Part shown: one piece after another, positions 1 through 12,449 of the stretch
Position numbering within the stretch: position 1 is the first letter of the stretch
Layout of the letters: every line of letters starts with the position of its first letter
NCBI GenBank assembly: GCA_002633005.1
Contig: NMRA01000149.1
Location: 188,572 to 252,571, forward strand
DNA: 64,000 bases
Direction: 5' to 3'
Source of the DNA: Phoronis australis
Taxonomy: Eukaryota; Animalia; Phoronida
Translations under genes and position numbers: made by a program
Notes under the pieces: generated by a model
Told to the model about the DNA's origin: nothing
The model's database searches: none
The model's input: only the letters and a program-made list of their open reading frames with translations

Positions 1-16
1 ATGGTTGTGATGTGTG

Positions 17-110
17 GAGGCAGTGTGACCTAGTGGCGGAGTTTTTGCCTTCAAGTCTAAAAGTCGTATGTTCACATCCCACTAGATGGCACTGCTGAGT
101 AAGGTCTGTT
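17..110 (+). mobile_element. Possible decayed tRNA-derived SINE head
   Basis: A-box-like gtgacctagtggcggag and B-box-like gttcacatccc at tRNA-like spacing; degenerate, with no clean cloverleaf. Confidence 0.2.
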
Positions 111-1352
111 CCAAAGCTCACTTTCTATATATCATTTCTCATGTGCAATAAGCATTGTGGTGTAATATATACTGTATCGTTGTAAGCTGCCTGTGTGTTA
201 GAGGACCATGTTGTTAATTAGATTTTGGATAATGCGTGTAATATGTCCTGTGTAAATAAAGTGTGTAATTAAAATATCAATAGTAACCAGTTTGTGTTAG
301 CTATATTGTCAATGTCCTCAATTCTTAGGTAATAAAACACAACATATCTGAAAACATGTAATTGGGTACTCTCATCTATGCTTTTGGAAATAGCAGGAAA
401 TATTTGGACAACAGCTAATTAACATATTAACTTATAGCAACAGTACTGTGCTGTAGAGTAGTTAAAACAGTTGAATGGTTGCTGAGGTTTTTGCTAGTGG
501 AAGAATGGTCAAATAAACTAACATTTACTTTAGACCTATTCCCACTAGACAATCGTTATCTACTTGTTCCTTACTCAGATGTGGAATTGTGTCTGGGCTG
601 ACGAAGAACTGGTAGTGCTTGAAATCCTAAAATGAGCCGCTGTGACAAGTGAACTTATAGAGCCTGATCTCAAGCAGTAATGATCTGCAAGTTGTTCCCA
701 TGACTTAGAACCACTCGACATCTGAATAAGGGACAAGTTAAGACCAGTTTTAGAATTGATAAGTGCCCTTAAGCAAAAGGTAATTTTTGGTGGAAGGCGT
801 CTTTGTAGCACCTTAAGAGTTCTGACAAGTATTTTAGTTGACGCGATGTACTTTTGGTAGATAGAAGGGCATAAAATACAATTTCTCAAATAGAAGTCTT
901 CAGACTTATTTTCACACCATTTTAACTGAAATAGTATCGTAACAAGTGAATCTGATGTCAAGTCTTTCTGAGTGAAACTGCACTACAGTTTTCAAAGTAA
1001 ACTGGATAACATCAAACTGACAATGTCAAAGTCTGTGTTTTTAACTCTTTTCTGCAACTTAATCTACGTGTGTTGAACTGTAGTTAAAAGAACTAGTGGC
1101 ATGGTGCAATGATGTCTTAATTTTGATATAGCAATGTTCTTTCACAGACACGAAACTTTGGTCTCATTGCCAACTTATTCTGGCACGACGAGCATCAAAC
1201 TTGGCCATGCTTTACCAATATTATGCTGAAGTCTGGTCAGTCTATTTTAAACTCTACTGTGTTGCTGATGTTGTGAAGCTGAAAAATTTTTCAATTAGTG
1301 ATTTCCTTGTGGCTGTGCTGTGACTTTCATCTCGTTGACATCTCCATTCCAG

Positions 1353-1478
1353 CTAGCCCACCCTATCCTGGACTCCCTGAAGGGATCTGAGAAAGCTTGG
1401 CTTGTTGAATTGCTGCTTGCTTTCAACTGTGGCAACCTGACCAAGTTTAATAACTTAAAGCCTTACTGGTCCACTCAG
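1353..1478 (+). CDS. PSMD13: 26S proteasome non-ATPase regulatory subunit 13 (Rpn9), internal coding exon
   Basis: ttccag|CTA...CAG|gtgggt, 126 nt, phase 0-0. Encodes LAHPILDSLKGSEKAWLVELLLAFNCGNLTKFNNLKPYWSTQ, matching the PSMD13 segment LMHPVLESL...WLIDTLYAFNSGN. Earlier exons lie upstream of the window. Confidence 0.93.
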
Positions 1479-2093
1479 GTGGGTGGTCTCTCTCATTAAG
1501 TTGAGGCGAGGTGTCATATGGAAAGCAATTATGGCAACTAGCGAGTTTGCTCAACTTATAGAAAAACACACGATGTGACCCTTGTTTATTTGCAAGTGAC
1601 ACTTGTTTAGTGTGATTAGGAATTCCACTCGCACATTCAAACGTGTGCGGTGGAGCTAACACCTCAAAGGAGTGCGGTGGAGCTAACACCTCGTTAGATT
1701 AAAAAATTTTACTGACTGCTGCTGTTACTCAGGACACTTGACTTTTGAAAATGTTGTCTTATTATTGGTTAACTAGCATTTAGTGCTGGACCAAGTCACA
1801 TTTACTGTTTGTTATAATGTTGTCGCTTCTTTAAGTTACATTATTTTAATTCTCAAGTTTTAGAATTTGTGATCCTGTGTGTGAATACCAGACTCATTTG
1901 AATTAAAATAAGTTTTCTACTGTTAATGTTTAAAGTAAAATTCGCATCACAGCATTTGTATGTATTCATTTAAACACGTTTTTCAGGAGTTAATATTTGC
2001 AATACCTTTTTTCAATAAAGTGAACCAACGGAAGCCTTTTTGTCTTGATATTTTCAATTCAGTGTAATTTTTCATTTTCCTACTTCACCTTAG

Positions 2094-2237
2094 CCTGATC
2101 TCGCAGCCCGAGAGTTAGAATTGCGCCAGAAGATCTGCTTGCTGTGCCTAATGGAGATGACCTTCAAGAGGCCAGCCAATCATAGGCAGCTGTCGTTCAA
2201 GGAAATTGCCTCTGAGACTCAACTACCAGTTGAAGAG
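2094..2237 (+). CDS. PSMD13: PSMD13 PCI-domain exon (copy 1)
   Basis: ccttag|CCT...GAG|gtgtgt, 144 nt. Encodes [48 protein letters not shown], with the characteristic [17 protein letters not shown] motif. Confidence 0.93.
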
Positions 2238-2756
2238 GTGTGTACTATAAATACAACTTCGTGTTCTTGTAATTTCGATATAAACTATTGCTTGACTCAA
2301 TATGTTGACTTTTCATTGTTATTTCAGCATCAGAAAATCTGGTATCACTGTCGATCATATTTGGTGCAATTTACGGCAATTCACTTGACTTTTGACTTTT
2401 TANACTTTTGAAAATGTTGTCTTATTATTGGTTAACTTGCATTTAGTGCTGGACCAAGTCACATTTACTGTTTGTTATAATGTTGTCGCTTCTTTAAGTT
2501 ACATTATTTTAATTCTCAAGTTTTAGAATTTGTGATCCTGTGTGTGAATACCAGACTCATTTAAATTAAAATAAGTTTTCTACTGTTAATGTTTAAAGTA
2601 AAATTTGCATCACAGCATTTGTATGTATTCATTTAAACACGTTTTTCAGGAGTTACTACTTGCAATACCTTTTTTCAATAAAGTGAACCAACGGAAGCCT
2701 TTTTGTCTTGATATTTTCAATTCAGTGTAATTTTTCATTTTCCTACTTCACCTTAG

Positions 2757-2900
2757 CCTGATCTCGCAGCCCGAGAGTTAGAATTGCGCCAGAAGATCTG
2801 CTTGCTGTGCCTAATGGAGATGACCTTCAAGAGGCCAGCCAATCATAGGCAGCTGTCGTTCAAGGAAATTGCCTCCGAGACTCAACTACCAGTTGAAGAG
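2757..2900 (+). CDS. PSMD13: Second, near-identical copy of the same PSMD13 exon (probably the other allele, an assembly artefact)
   Basis: Same 144 nt and splice sites as 2094-2237, with one synonymous difference (TCT/TCC). Lies in a duplicated block joined by a single N at 2403. Confidence 0.55.
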
Positions 2901-3129
2901 GTGTGTACTATAAATACAACTTCGTGTTCTTGTAATTCGATATAAACTATTGCTTGACTCAATATGTTGACTTTTCATTGTTATTTCAGCATCAGAAAAT
3001 CTGGTATCACTGTCGATCATATTTGGTGCAATTTACGGCAATTCACTTGACTTTTGACTTTTTACTGATCTGCCATCTACAAGTAAATAGCATGATTAAA
3101 TTTATTTTGGTATAAGTACTGAAGATGCA

Positions 3130-3390
3130 GTCTCAAAAAATATTACATTTTCCCAAATTGTTGTTTCGTTTTTGTTTAATGTAATTTTTGTGTTTTTTAT
3201 GACAATTATAAAATTCCTATTTCAATGGCAAATCTTTCAAACATGGAACTTTTCTACAATTCCAAGCAGTGTTTTGAAGAACAGGAAATAAAGCATAGTA
3301 TTTTAAAACTTCATATGAATCAGATCAACCATTTCTGAGCTATGGTGTTCAAAAGTTGTCAAAATTTGGACTATTTTCTTGTGCCTTAAA
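3130..3390 (-). mobile_element. Fragment of the Kolobok-like non-autonomous family also at 30543, 48430 and 60950
   Basis: The reverse complement (gtccaaattttgacaac...gatctgattcatatgaag...tgttcttcaaaacac) aligns with 60975-61012 plus 61391-61455. Confidence 0.55.
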
Positions 3391-4079
3391 TAATCTTAGT
3401 ATTTCATGACAATGTACAGAACAGCCTTGATTTTGCTGCTGGTTGAACAGGAAATGTGTCTGCATAAACGTTGAGAAAGGGAGGCCTGTAAATTTTCCAT
3501 AATATGATTATTTGGGATAGTTTAATTTTTCCCCAAGGACCTAGTAAAATATCCATGAGGTTGAACAATGAACTAAATATAGCTCAATAGGTTGAGGAAT
3601 TCAAAAAGTCTTCGAGCCTGATCCTAATATGGTCTTGACTTAAGTTTCAAACCATGACTATTAATACTTTCGTTATTGTTGGTGAGCTCAGGTTTAGTTT
3701 AAAGACAGACAAAAAGTGTAAGAAGTCAATAAAGTTAAAACAGTTTGTGTGATAATCTTGTTGTTTTTTCAATTACTGTTTGCTGGCAAAGTTACATTGA
3801 AAGAGGGGATACCAATAATTTGTTGCAAGCAACTTTTTGCATTTGGACATTTGAACAATAATCATGAAGGGGAATTGTGTCAGGGTTTGTGATGAATGCT
3901 AATGTAGAAATCAAGTTGATTGTGTGCAAAAACAGTTACATGAAATAACCAACTAATCGAGGCTATCTCTATGTGATGTTTCCACAAGCAACATTGATGT
4001 TGATCGTGGTTATGTTGCATTGTCCAGAGTATCAAAATGTTGATTTGATGACACTGTTAAAATTGTGGGGTCATTTTAG

Positions 4080-4196
4080 GTGGAGCTGCTTGTGATGAAG
4101 GCCCTGTCCCTTGGACTGGTCAAGGGGTCCATTGACCAGGTGGATGAGAAAGTACACATGACCTGGGTACAGCCGAGAGTTCTTGACCGAGACCAG
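4080..4196 (+). CDS. PSMD13: PSMD13 penultimate coding exon
   Basis: ttttag|GTG...CAG|gtaggt, 117 nt. Encodes [39 protein letters not shown], the highly conserved winged-helix end of the PCI domain. Confidence 0.96.
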
Positions 4197-5372
4197 GTAG
4201 GTGGAGTGGCAGGCTTTCTCATGCCTTGTGCAGTATGTGGATTGATGGTTGGCTGTGGTGGAACATTTGAAGTACAAAAGTCGAGGATAATGCTGTTACA
4301 ATAAGCATTTCATTATCTGCTTTACTAAATCCCAACAAGCCCAATCATTTTCTAAAGGTGTCACCATTTTACCAGTTGTTTGCAGTTCTTGATCAAATGC
4401 CATGAGTGACTGGGGAGTCCTCTACTGTTTACATTGGCATCATTATTGTGGGCAGTAGTGACTCTAAATTTCTCCAATATTTTCCCACCATATGGAAACT
4501 GAAAAGGTTGATAAAAACAAAGGGAATCTTGTCACTTACTTAGATTTTTGCTCAAATTTACTTGGTCAACTTGTCACTTGGCCAGGTCACACATCCACGA
4601 CAGGCTCAGATTCATAACCCGCCAATTTTGTAGATAGACTAAGTTAACTTCGAGCTACTCCACACATCTCCAACATCTGTATCCGCTCCAGATCATCATT
4701 GTCAGCCAACAAATTGCGCTATTGACATTGAAAGCATTCAAGTGTTCGTGAAAATCTGACCTATGTTCCATTGTTGGCTAGTGGTAAACTCATGAACACT
4801 GCTTATGGCACCATGCGCTCAGTTCAGAGTATTGAGACTTTGAGCACAAAAAGGTGATTCAGCAAGCTCACTGGGCATTGTGGAAGTTCATGTTTCGATC
4901 ACTAATGGAAGTATATTCAAATTCTGACATAGTAAGATAGTTACTTAGATGTCAAAACATAAAACCCAGGATTGGTACTTAAACATATGAAGTACATTTG
5001 AAATTTTGTCAAGTATTTGAAGTAGAATATGCAGTGGCATTAGTTTTGACACATAGGCCTGCTTGGTTGACCAACTTGCCATAGTTTTAATTAGTTTGTA
5101 GTTGACTTAAATGTTTGTCTATGAAAACACTGCAGTCCAGCATAATGCTGTTAACCAGAGTGATCATTGACTTATCAGTAATACTGTTGTTATTCAACCA
5201 CTGACGGCAATGATTGATGATTTGAGTCTAAAAATACTTGTTCTTATAGTGTTTAGTGTCTTGAATGACTTCATATTTTCAGCATTTCTAATCTCTCCGA
5301 TTACCTTTTCAATAATGAAACCTTTATAGTACAAATATCACTGCGTTATCTCACTGTACCTTTCCTTTACAG

Positions 5373-5468
5373 ATTGCCACAATGCAGCTTCGGTTACAAG
5401 ATTGGTGCAACGCAGTCAAAAACATGGAGATTTTGGTAGAAGGAAAGGCTCAAGATATACTGACATAA
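5373..5468 (+). CDS. PSMD13: PSMD13 terminal coding exon
   Basis: tttacag|ATT...TAA. Encodes IATMQLRLQDWCNAVKNMEILVEGKAQDILT*, matching the PSMD13 C-terminus (...FWCTDVKSMEMLVE...DILT). Confidence 0.95.
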   Translation: MATMQLRLQDWCNAVKNMEILVEGKAQDILT

Positions 5469-5781
5469 ACTGTAGTTGTTACTATGGGTGAGCCTTGCTA
5501 CAACATACATCAGGAGACGTTCAAAATCTGTACGTTACAATGATAATTTATTGTAACTATGTTAGGTTTAGGTAAAATCAGAACTTGGGACGTTTGTATG
5601 TTATATCGCTAACGTTCTCAACGCGATACAATGGGGGTCTACCAAGCATTGTGTCTCATTTGTCTTGTAAATATGTGCATGTTTATAGTGGATGCACAAA
5701 GCGGTATCTTGAAATGTGCTCTTTCTTGTTCAAGTTTTTCAAAACAAATTATTGATTTTTAAATGTGTCCAAAGGTCTATA

Positions 5782-5787
5782 AATAAA
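5782..5787 (+). terminator. Probable PSMD13 polyadenylation signal
   Basis: AATAAA ~310 nt after the stop, followed by a T/GT-rich tract (ttatttgttttgtatgg). Confidence 0.55.
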
Positions 5788-5987
5788 ACGCACTTCATTT
5801 GTAAATTATTTGTTTTGTATGGTAATCTGGTTAAGAATAAAATATACAAGCCAATTTTCCTTGAGTAATCAAACTGCTACCTTTTTAAAAAGACAAATAA
5901 AATATAAAATCACCATTATTGGGATAACACAATTTAAAGCGGAATAAAATGGTAAGTATGTTTGGCAGAACTGACCTTAAATATTAA

Positions 5988-7051
5988 AAGGGAACTGTAT
6001 TTTATTCTGAATAAATTCTGGATAGTTTTCTATGAATTGTTGATTAATTTCCCAAATAATTCAACACCAAAAATTAAACTTATATTCTCTAACGAAGCTC
6101 AAAAAATTACCGGCTTGGAGCGCTGCTTAGTCTCGTGACGTATTTGGCGGGGGCAAAGTCACTGTCCTGTGTTAGCGTGCAATCTTAGCAGCGTTTTTTA
6201 TATTGTCGGAATAAGAAATTTTAGTGTGAAATTTCGGGTCACAAGGGATACCTGTTTGAGCCGAGGCAACACAAAGTGATACCTAGTCATCGTCAGACGA
6301 AAATTTGCCGGTGCAACTGGTGTCAGTGACTGTGCCGAGGGCAATGTGGACTCTAGCCATCCAGTCAGCCAGTTGTCAGCCAATACTCCGGCAGCTCTGT
6401 AAACTTGAAGGGTTGGTAAGTTACCNNNNNNNNNNNNNNNNNNNNNNNNNNNNNNNNNNNNNNNNNNNNNNNNNNNNNNNNNNNNNNNNNNNNNNNNNNN
6501 NNNNNNNNNNNNNNNNNNNNNNNNNNNNNNNNNNNNNNNNNNNNNNNNNNNNNNNNNNNNNNNNNNNNNNNNNNNNNNNNNNNNNNNNNNNNNNNNNNNN
6601 NNNNNNNNNNNNNNNNNNNNNNNNNNNNNNNNNNNNNNNNNNNNNNNNNNNNNNNNNNNNNNNNNNNNNNNNNNNNNNNNNNNNNNNNNNNNNNNNNNNN
6701 NNNNNNNNNNNNNNNNNNNNNNNNNNNNNNNNNNNNNNNNNNNNNNNNNNNNNNNNNNNNNNNNNNNNNNNNNNNNNNNNNNNNNNNNNNNNNNNNNNNN
6801 NNNNNNNNNNNNNNNNNNNNNNNNNNNNNTAAACTCTTCAAATATGACATAAGCAATGAATGTGTAAAGCAGCCGATACCCCGCCGTTCACGTCACTGAC
6901 ACATCAGCCAATCAGCGATCGCTTTCAGAATTCAGTGTTTTGACCATGAATTCGAATTGGCTTTTGTTTGGCACGCAAGTTAGGCAAATGTGAGTTTTAT
7001 TTGTATGTTAGAACCGATTAACTGCAACATTATTTTGACTACAGTCCCCTT
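5988..7051. mobile_element. Non-autonomous DNA transposon with TTAA target duplication (Kolobok-like)
   Basis: ttaa|aagggaactgta ... tacagtcccctt|ttaa: an 11/12 terminal inverted repeat flanked by TTAA (5984-5987, 7052-7055). The interior is richer in CpG and spans an N-gap. Confidence 0.7.
6426..6829. other. Assembly gap (N run)
   Basis: Run of N; ORFs across it are artefacts. Confidence 1.
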
Positions 7052-8532
7052 TTAAATCATTTTTGACAATGAACCTATGATTGGGATGTCTGTTCACTTA
7101 TAAGTGAAACCACACAGCGCAAGACGTGTAAATAAGCTTCAAAGGAAGAATTGCTTATTATAGCAATTAGATTAAAACTGCATTATCAGTTATGCTTGGA
7201 CTCCAGCGTTTTAAGTTTATAAATTCGAGAGTAGAAGGCAGTCTTGTGAAATATTTCTGTTGCTACACTGAATCAATTGTAGTTGTTTCCGGAATGCAAG
7301 TCACAGTTATCAAAGTCTATTTGGGAAGGATGAAATAGTTATTGTTGAAACACATTCTGCTCGTTCACAAAATAACATCAAAATGATTTTGTACAGGTTG
7401 AACTGACTCTGATTCTAGGCATTGTCCATCCACAAGTTGAACACATTCTGAATATAACACGTTCAAATTATTAACCATTTCACTAAGCCATGTGTTGACC
7501 AGACCTCATGAAGTAACTTGTATCCTGATTGAAAACTACAGTATCCAGGATTTGAAGCAACGTCTGATTGGATATAGATAACCATAATAAGTAAACAAAA
7601 CAAGCATATAACTAACATCTAAGAGTGCCAGCTCACATAATATATAATTTAAAATTTGCAAGTAAATTTTATTAAAATTAATAAGCACCATCAATTCAAA
7701 TTAAGCACCGTCAACTGTAAAAACATCACAACCTGGACACCACAGTGGGAACTAAATTGCATACTATACCCAGATATGTTCTGCAATCAATGACTAGAAA
7801 AGTAATCAGTTGAAAGTGGTTGGTTTCTAAGACCACTAAGTTCTTCTGTGAAATGGTTGCAACAGTAGCACCAAACGGGGATACAGTTAAAGTCTTTGTT
7901 CTTTACATAATTTTACCATACAATATTCAAGTCGTATATTGTTACAAACACACACTTCTCAAGTTCATATTCAAAGTCAATGTTGACGATTTACAAAAGT
8001 CCAGTAAATTTCCCTGACTTGCGTAATGTAAAGCTCTTCGCTGCACAATCAACGAAAACCATGTGCTTCATATGTATTGGGGGTAACCCTTAATTTTGGT
8101 TCTCTAATACGCCAAGAAGTGGCACAGATCAAGTAGAATCCATTGACTGCTCTAATGTAACTTTCACCGCCACTTGTTTTGTTCCAGTTTTAGTTTTGCC
8201 CGCTTGGCCTAATTAGTTCAGTTTCACATTCATTAATCTCTGTTCAAGCTCAGATTCTGGACTTTTATTAACAGTATTGGTGGTTATATTTGTACATTTT
8301 AGTTGATTGGCAACAGATCAAATTTTGCAAAATAGATATCGAGAAGTTTCCTGCCATCCATTTTATACGTTACAAATACTTAGAAATTCAAACTTAATTA
8401 CCACCAGAATTGTGTGTGCAATTATTTCATCAAGCATAACAGATGTATAGGTACCCTGAACCTGATGAAATACAAAAGAGCCAGTCCTGTATTCCTTGGG
8501 CAAATGTCTCATGAAGGCGGTCGACTTTTACT

Positions 8533-8805
8533 TTATGAAATTTTCACAGCCTGCCCTGATCTTGCCGACCTTTCACAAGAATTTGCGAGCTGTGTCAATT
8601 TTAGCACATAATCCCTGGATACCTCTGGGGACTTAAGACCTTGAACAGTGTCGATGAAGTGATCTAGCATGGCCTTGTAACTGTCAAAGTAACGAGAGTG
8701 AAAGTTGTCATATACCTGCGGTAGATGACTTCCTGTTGCTGTGTCCAGCTGGACGTTGATTGGTCGCATATCCTTGGTTTTGATAGTGCCATCTGAACCA
8801 AACAC
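8533..8805 (-). CDS. Gfo/Idh/MocA myo-inositol 2-dehydrogenase (IolG)-like, last coding exon (6)
   Basis: gctgcag|GTG, 273 nt. Encodes VFGSDGTIK...FHSRYFDSYKAMLDHFIDTVQG...LANSCERSARSGQAVKIS*, a typical family C-terminus. Confidence 0.88.
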   Translation of the reverse strand: MFGSDGTIKTKDMRPINVQLDTATGSHLPQVYDNFHSRYFDSYKAMLDHFIDTVQGLKSPEVSRDYVLKLTQLANSCERSARSGQAVKIS

Positions 8806-8962
8806 CTGCAGCACACATTGAATGCAGTGATGACTTAAACTCTTTCCAATCAAATTGAAGAACAATCCCTATTAATTTTAAGAAAGGTAGAGATTGCATA
8901 ATTAAACTACAAAATGATTTACAGAACTTTCAGGGCAAGAAATAAATTGACCTTCGACTCAC

Positions 8963-9186
8963 CTCAAGAAATCCTTCGTGTCCATAAGTAGAGTTTCTAC
9001 TGAATTCTATGCTACCGATGATTCCGCTGGAAAAGTTCAGAACTATGACGGCCGTGTCAAAGTCATTGACTGCAGCAATACCTGGGTCATGACAATGACC
9101 AGTGGCATAGACCTGAGTAGGGAAGTCACCCATCAGGAAACACATGATGTCGAGGTCATGGATGAGTGAATCTATAAATAATCCAC
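8963..9186 (-). CDS. IolG-like oxidoreductase, coding exon 5
   Basis: ttcacag|GT...GAG|gtgagt, 224 nt. Encodes GGLFIDSLIHDLD (catalytic D-x3-H) ... DFDTAVIVLNFSSGIIGSIEFSRNSTYGHEGFLE. Confidence 0.92.
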
Positions 9187-10301
9187 CTGTGAACAAAAAT
9201 GGTGACGGCAATTGATGGTAGCAATAACCGTAAAATATTGCATTCTCTTCAACTAGGAGAGATATCAGGTATCATTTTGCACTGAGACAATATTCCAATA
9301 ATTACATACTAAATGGTGAAATCCCTGGCCAAGTAATAACACGCCACAGCACTTAATAATTTTCTAGAACTTTTTAATGCACGACATTGTGCTCATTACA
9401 CGCCTAATGCTATTTTATCATTTCGTGATGTCAGCTTTATATTTTTCGACTTTCAACAGTCTGTTCCACTACAGCGTCTAATTGACAATATCAACATGCT
9501 CATAACAATGACTAACCTGTCTATTTGACAATATCAATGTCAATCGACTAACATGTCTGTTTTCCAGAACTGTCATGTTCCTTTGACTACCAGAAAGCAG
9601 AATTGTTTATTGTATGTAGGCCTTGACCTCATAGTACAGTTTACAATACAACTTCTATTTTCACCTCTTAGCACTGTTGCTCTTGAAATATTTTGTGCCA
9701 GGCTTTTTAGATCGACACTAAGTTCATGGCTTTGAAATAATCTAACGTCTGTCATATTCGTTAGCTAATTTCACATCACCAAGGACAGGGCAGTAACACA
9801 TAAAACGAATCTCATTTTCAATTTAACCAGTATTGCATTGAATAGTAACTAGATCTTCTTTAAAACCATCCTTTCATTCTAAAGGTAACTTTGTTACCCA
9901 AACAATCTGTCTGTCTGTCAAAACTAACTTATTTGTTCGATAATTAACCTGTATGCTTGGTGATTGCATCTATATTGAAACTTTTCACTGCCCACAGGTA
10001 ATAACCACTTTAACCATCAATTAAGCAAAACCATTATCACCCATGCTGTGCAGTGAACTGTGAATTACCAGGAGATAAACTAGTGGCCAACCATGCGTGT
10101 GGCAACACAAATCCTAGTGTGGATGCATACAAGGGGAGGCAATTACCAGCTGCATGCTTGCTGAGTTACATAGGTATAATTCATACAATATGCACCATAT
10201 TTGTCGCATGTTGAAGGTTGTGCAGTGTGAACGTTCAGCTAAATGGGGGCTAGTTGCTCTGGGACAATTTGTTTAGGGAAACTCATAGTGTAGACACACA
10301 C

Positions 10302-10429
10302 CTGAAGTTTTGACATATTCCACAGAGGTACGGTGAGCATCTCTGCTACACATCCTGATGGTGTGAATCTGGCCCACAGCCGAAACTGACAGACTACGGC
10401 TGATATGACGTACATTGGGATCAAATCGT
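10302..10429 (-). CDS. IolG-like oxidoreductase, coding exon 4
   Basis: tttacag|A CGA...TCA G|gtgtgt, 128 nt, phases 2/1 fit the neighbours. Encodes RFDPNVRHISRSLSVSAVGQIHTIRMCSRDAHRTSVEYVKTS (NRRFDP motif across the junction). Confidence 0.9.
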
Positions 10430-10839
10430 CTGTAAAAGAGAAATGACTTTAAGAAGAGCCCAAAATAGAATTTTAAATTGCTCTAATCAAAGTGGCAGTA
10501 TATGCACATAACTTGGTTATAAATAAACATTTATAGACACACGGCTACAACTTCAAAACATTGTAGAACACATGTGGGCCTAAATTTTGCATTACTTGTT
10601 GCAAATACACAATAAAGCAGAAAATAATCAATTTGCTTTTCGGTGAAATGGATTGATTTGAATAGTTTGTTACAATTCTGTATTTTCAACTACTCCAGAG
10701 GAGGTTATGTCCGGAAATCAACGTCAGTCACGGTCTTCTCATCAGGAACACTTATCTGCCAATGTTCAATATGAAGATTCTTCGAGACGGATAACAAAAT
10801 GTACTAATAAAATAAAATAGCCACCACGTGGTACACTGC

Positions 10840-11120
10840 ACATCAAGTCTGACTGAAAATTGAAAGGCATTATTACCAATCTGCCAAGTTTCATGAAAAC
10901 CCATCACAGAATTCCAAAAATACATAGGAAAACGAAAAAAAAAAATTGCCACTAGAGGGCAGAGAGGTAGTTGGATCAGCCCGAAATTGTCATCTAGTGT
11001 CATCAGCTCATAGGAACACATCTGCCAAATCTCACCAAGATCCTGCAAGGCTTTCAGGAGACACAGCAGCAGACACCAGACGCCCGGACAGAGCTTACGG
11101 CCACTATGTGGACTAACATA
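10840..11120. mobile_element. Diverged fragment of the Helentron/HINE-type CTCF-motif family
   Basis: aaaattgccactagagggcag (10947-10962), then gaacacatctgccaaat..., a GACG/GACA-rich stretch and atgtgg, in the same order as the end of 61550-63308. Confidence 0.6.
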
Positions 11121-11246
11121 TAAATATACGAGCGCATAAAAAGGCTTCCCTTCTATAAAATTTTGTGTTTCCCACCCTATCCTCACTCGTGACGTAGTTA
11201 AGTATGAAAATATTCATTACTTTTGATTTGATAGTTGAAATGGGTT

Positions 11247-11803
11247 ACTTTCTTTTGTTGCTGAACAAAACAGCAGCGTACAAATATAAAGAGACATTAG
11301 TTTTGTCCTTAGAATCATATAGATGACTTTCTTTTGTTGCTGAACAAAACAGCAACGTACAAATATAAAGAGACATTAGTCTTGTCCTTAGAATCATATA
11401 GATGACTTTCTTTTGTTGCTGAACAAAACAGCAACGTACAAATATAAAGAGACATTAGTTTTGTCCTTAGAATCATATAGATGACTTTCTTTTGTTGCTG
11501 AACAAAACAGCAACGTACAAATGTAAAGAGACATTAGTTTTGTCCTTAGAATCATATAGATGACTTTCTTTTGTTGCTGAACAAAACAGCAACATAAAAA
11601 TATAAAGAGACATTAGTTTTGTCCTTAGAATCATATAGATGACTTTCTTTTGTTGCTGAACAAAACAGCAACGTACAAATATAAAGAGACATTAGTTTTG
11701 TCCTTAGAATCATATAGATGACTTTCTTTTTTTGCTGAACAAAACAGCAACGTACAAATATAAAGAGACATTAGTTTTGTCCTTAGAATCATATAGATGA
11801 CTT
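11247..11803. repeat. Minisatellite, 7 x 79 bp, nearly perfect
   Basis: Unit actttcttttgttgctgaacaaaacagcaacgtacaaatataaagagacattagttttgtccttagaatcatatagatg starting at 11247, 11326, 11405, 11484, 11563, 11642 and 11721. Confidence 0.97.
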
Positions 11804-11804
11804 A

Positions 11805-11947
11805 AGGGTTTTCCAAAACAGTGTGGGGTTGGCTGTGATGACGTAATTAGGGGCTGGACATGGCAGGGGGTTTACAGTCATGATGACGGGGGAGGGGGGC
11901 AACAAAGAGGCAAATTTTGGATGATGTAATATGTGAACCATTCCTTA
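11805..11947. mobile_element. Possible small MITE remnant
   Basis: ttaaggg ... ggatgatgtaatatgtgaaccattcctta with a G-rich interior, the layout of short TA/TAA-targeting MITEs; the left arm is degenerate. Confidence 0.3.
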
Positions 11948-12449
11948 CGAGGAATTCATTTCAGAAGCCAATAGTGAGAAAAATCACCACTTTTACCGCT
12001 GCACATGAATTTATTTCAGCCTGTGTTTTATTGCGGTAAAGCCATGGCTAATGCAGTAATTGCTTTAATCCACACAATAGGACCTTTAGATCAGATTTCC
12101 TCTCTTGACTGACACCATTTGTATAATTCCATTGATAGAGAACAAGGTACCGCAAAACAGACTGAGTCTCTAATGTTCTCGGCATATTAAAATAACATAA
12201 GTTTATTGCTATAGATTAAACATACAGCTGGCCTTTAGCACTTTAAATTCAGTACGGTGGACTAACACCGTTAACAGACGACAAGAATTTTAAACTCAAT
12301 GCAAAAGTTAAACTACTGGTATATCAGACTTAAGTTACCACAGGAATAGAGAAATAGGCTTTATATTTATGTGCCATTATAATTAATACATTATCACCTT
12401 TTTTAAGTCCAAATTTCATGTTTCAGTAAGAAAAGTACATTTATAAGAA

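Larger units (their letters stand above)
1741..3063. repeat. ~660-bp tandem duplication joined by a single N (2403)
   Basis: 1741-2402 and 2404-~3063 are about 99% identical (a handful of substitutions plus a 1-bp indel, by eye). Confidence 0.9.

Noticed and set aside
575-961. 128-aa minus-strand ORF inside a PSMD13 intron (SWEQLADHY faintly resembles a death domain)
   Set aside because: Non-ATG start, no recognisable domain and no supporting splice structure; probably chance or a decayed transposon fragment.
1100-1235. Possible C/D-box snoRNA in a PSMD13 intron (atgatg ... ctga)
   Set aside because: The C box is imperfect (ATGATGT), with no convincing terminal stem or recognisable rRNA guide.
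6305-6856. Long ORFs crossing the N run (likewise 57650-58234)
   Set aside because: Artefacts of translating N.
11247-11803. CRISPR-like appearance of regularly repeated units
   Set aside because: The units are contiguous with no unique spacers, there are no cas genes, and the context is eukaryotic; it is a minisatellite.
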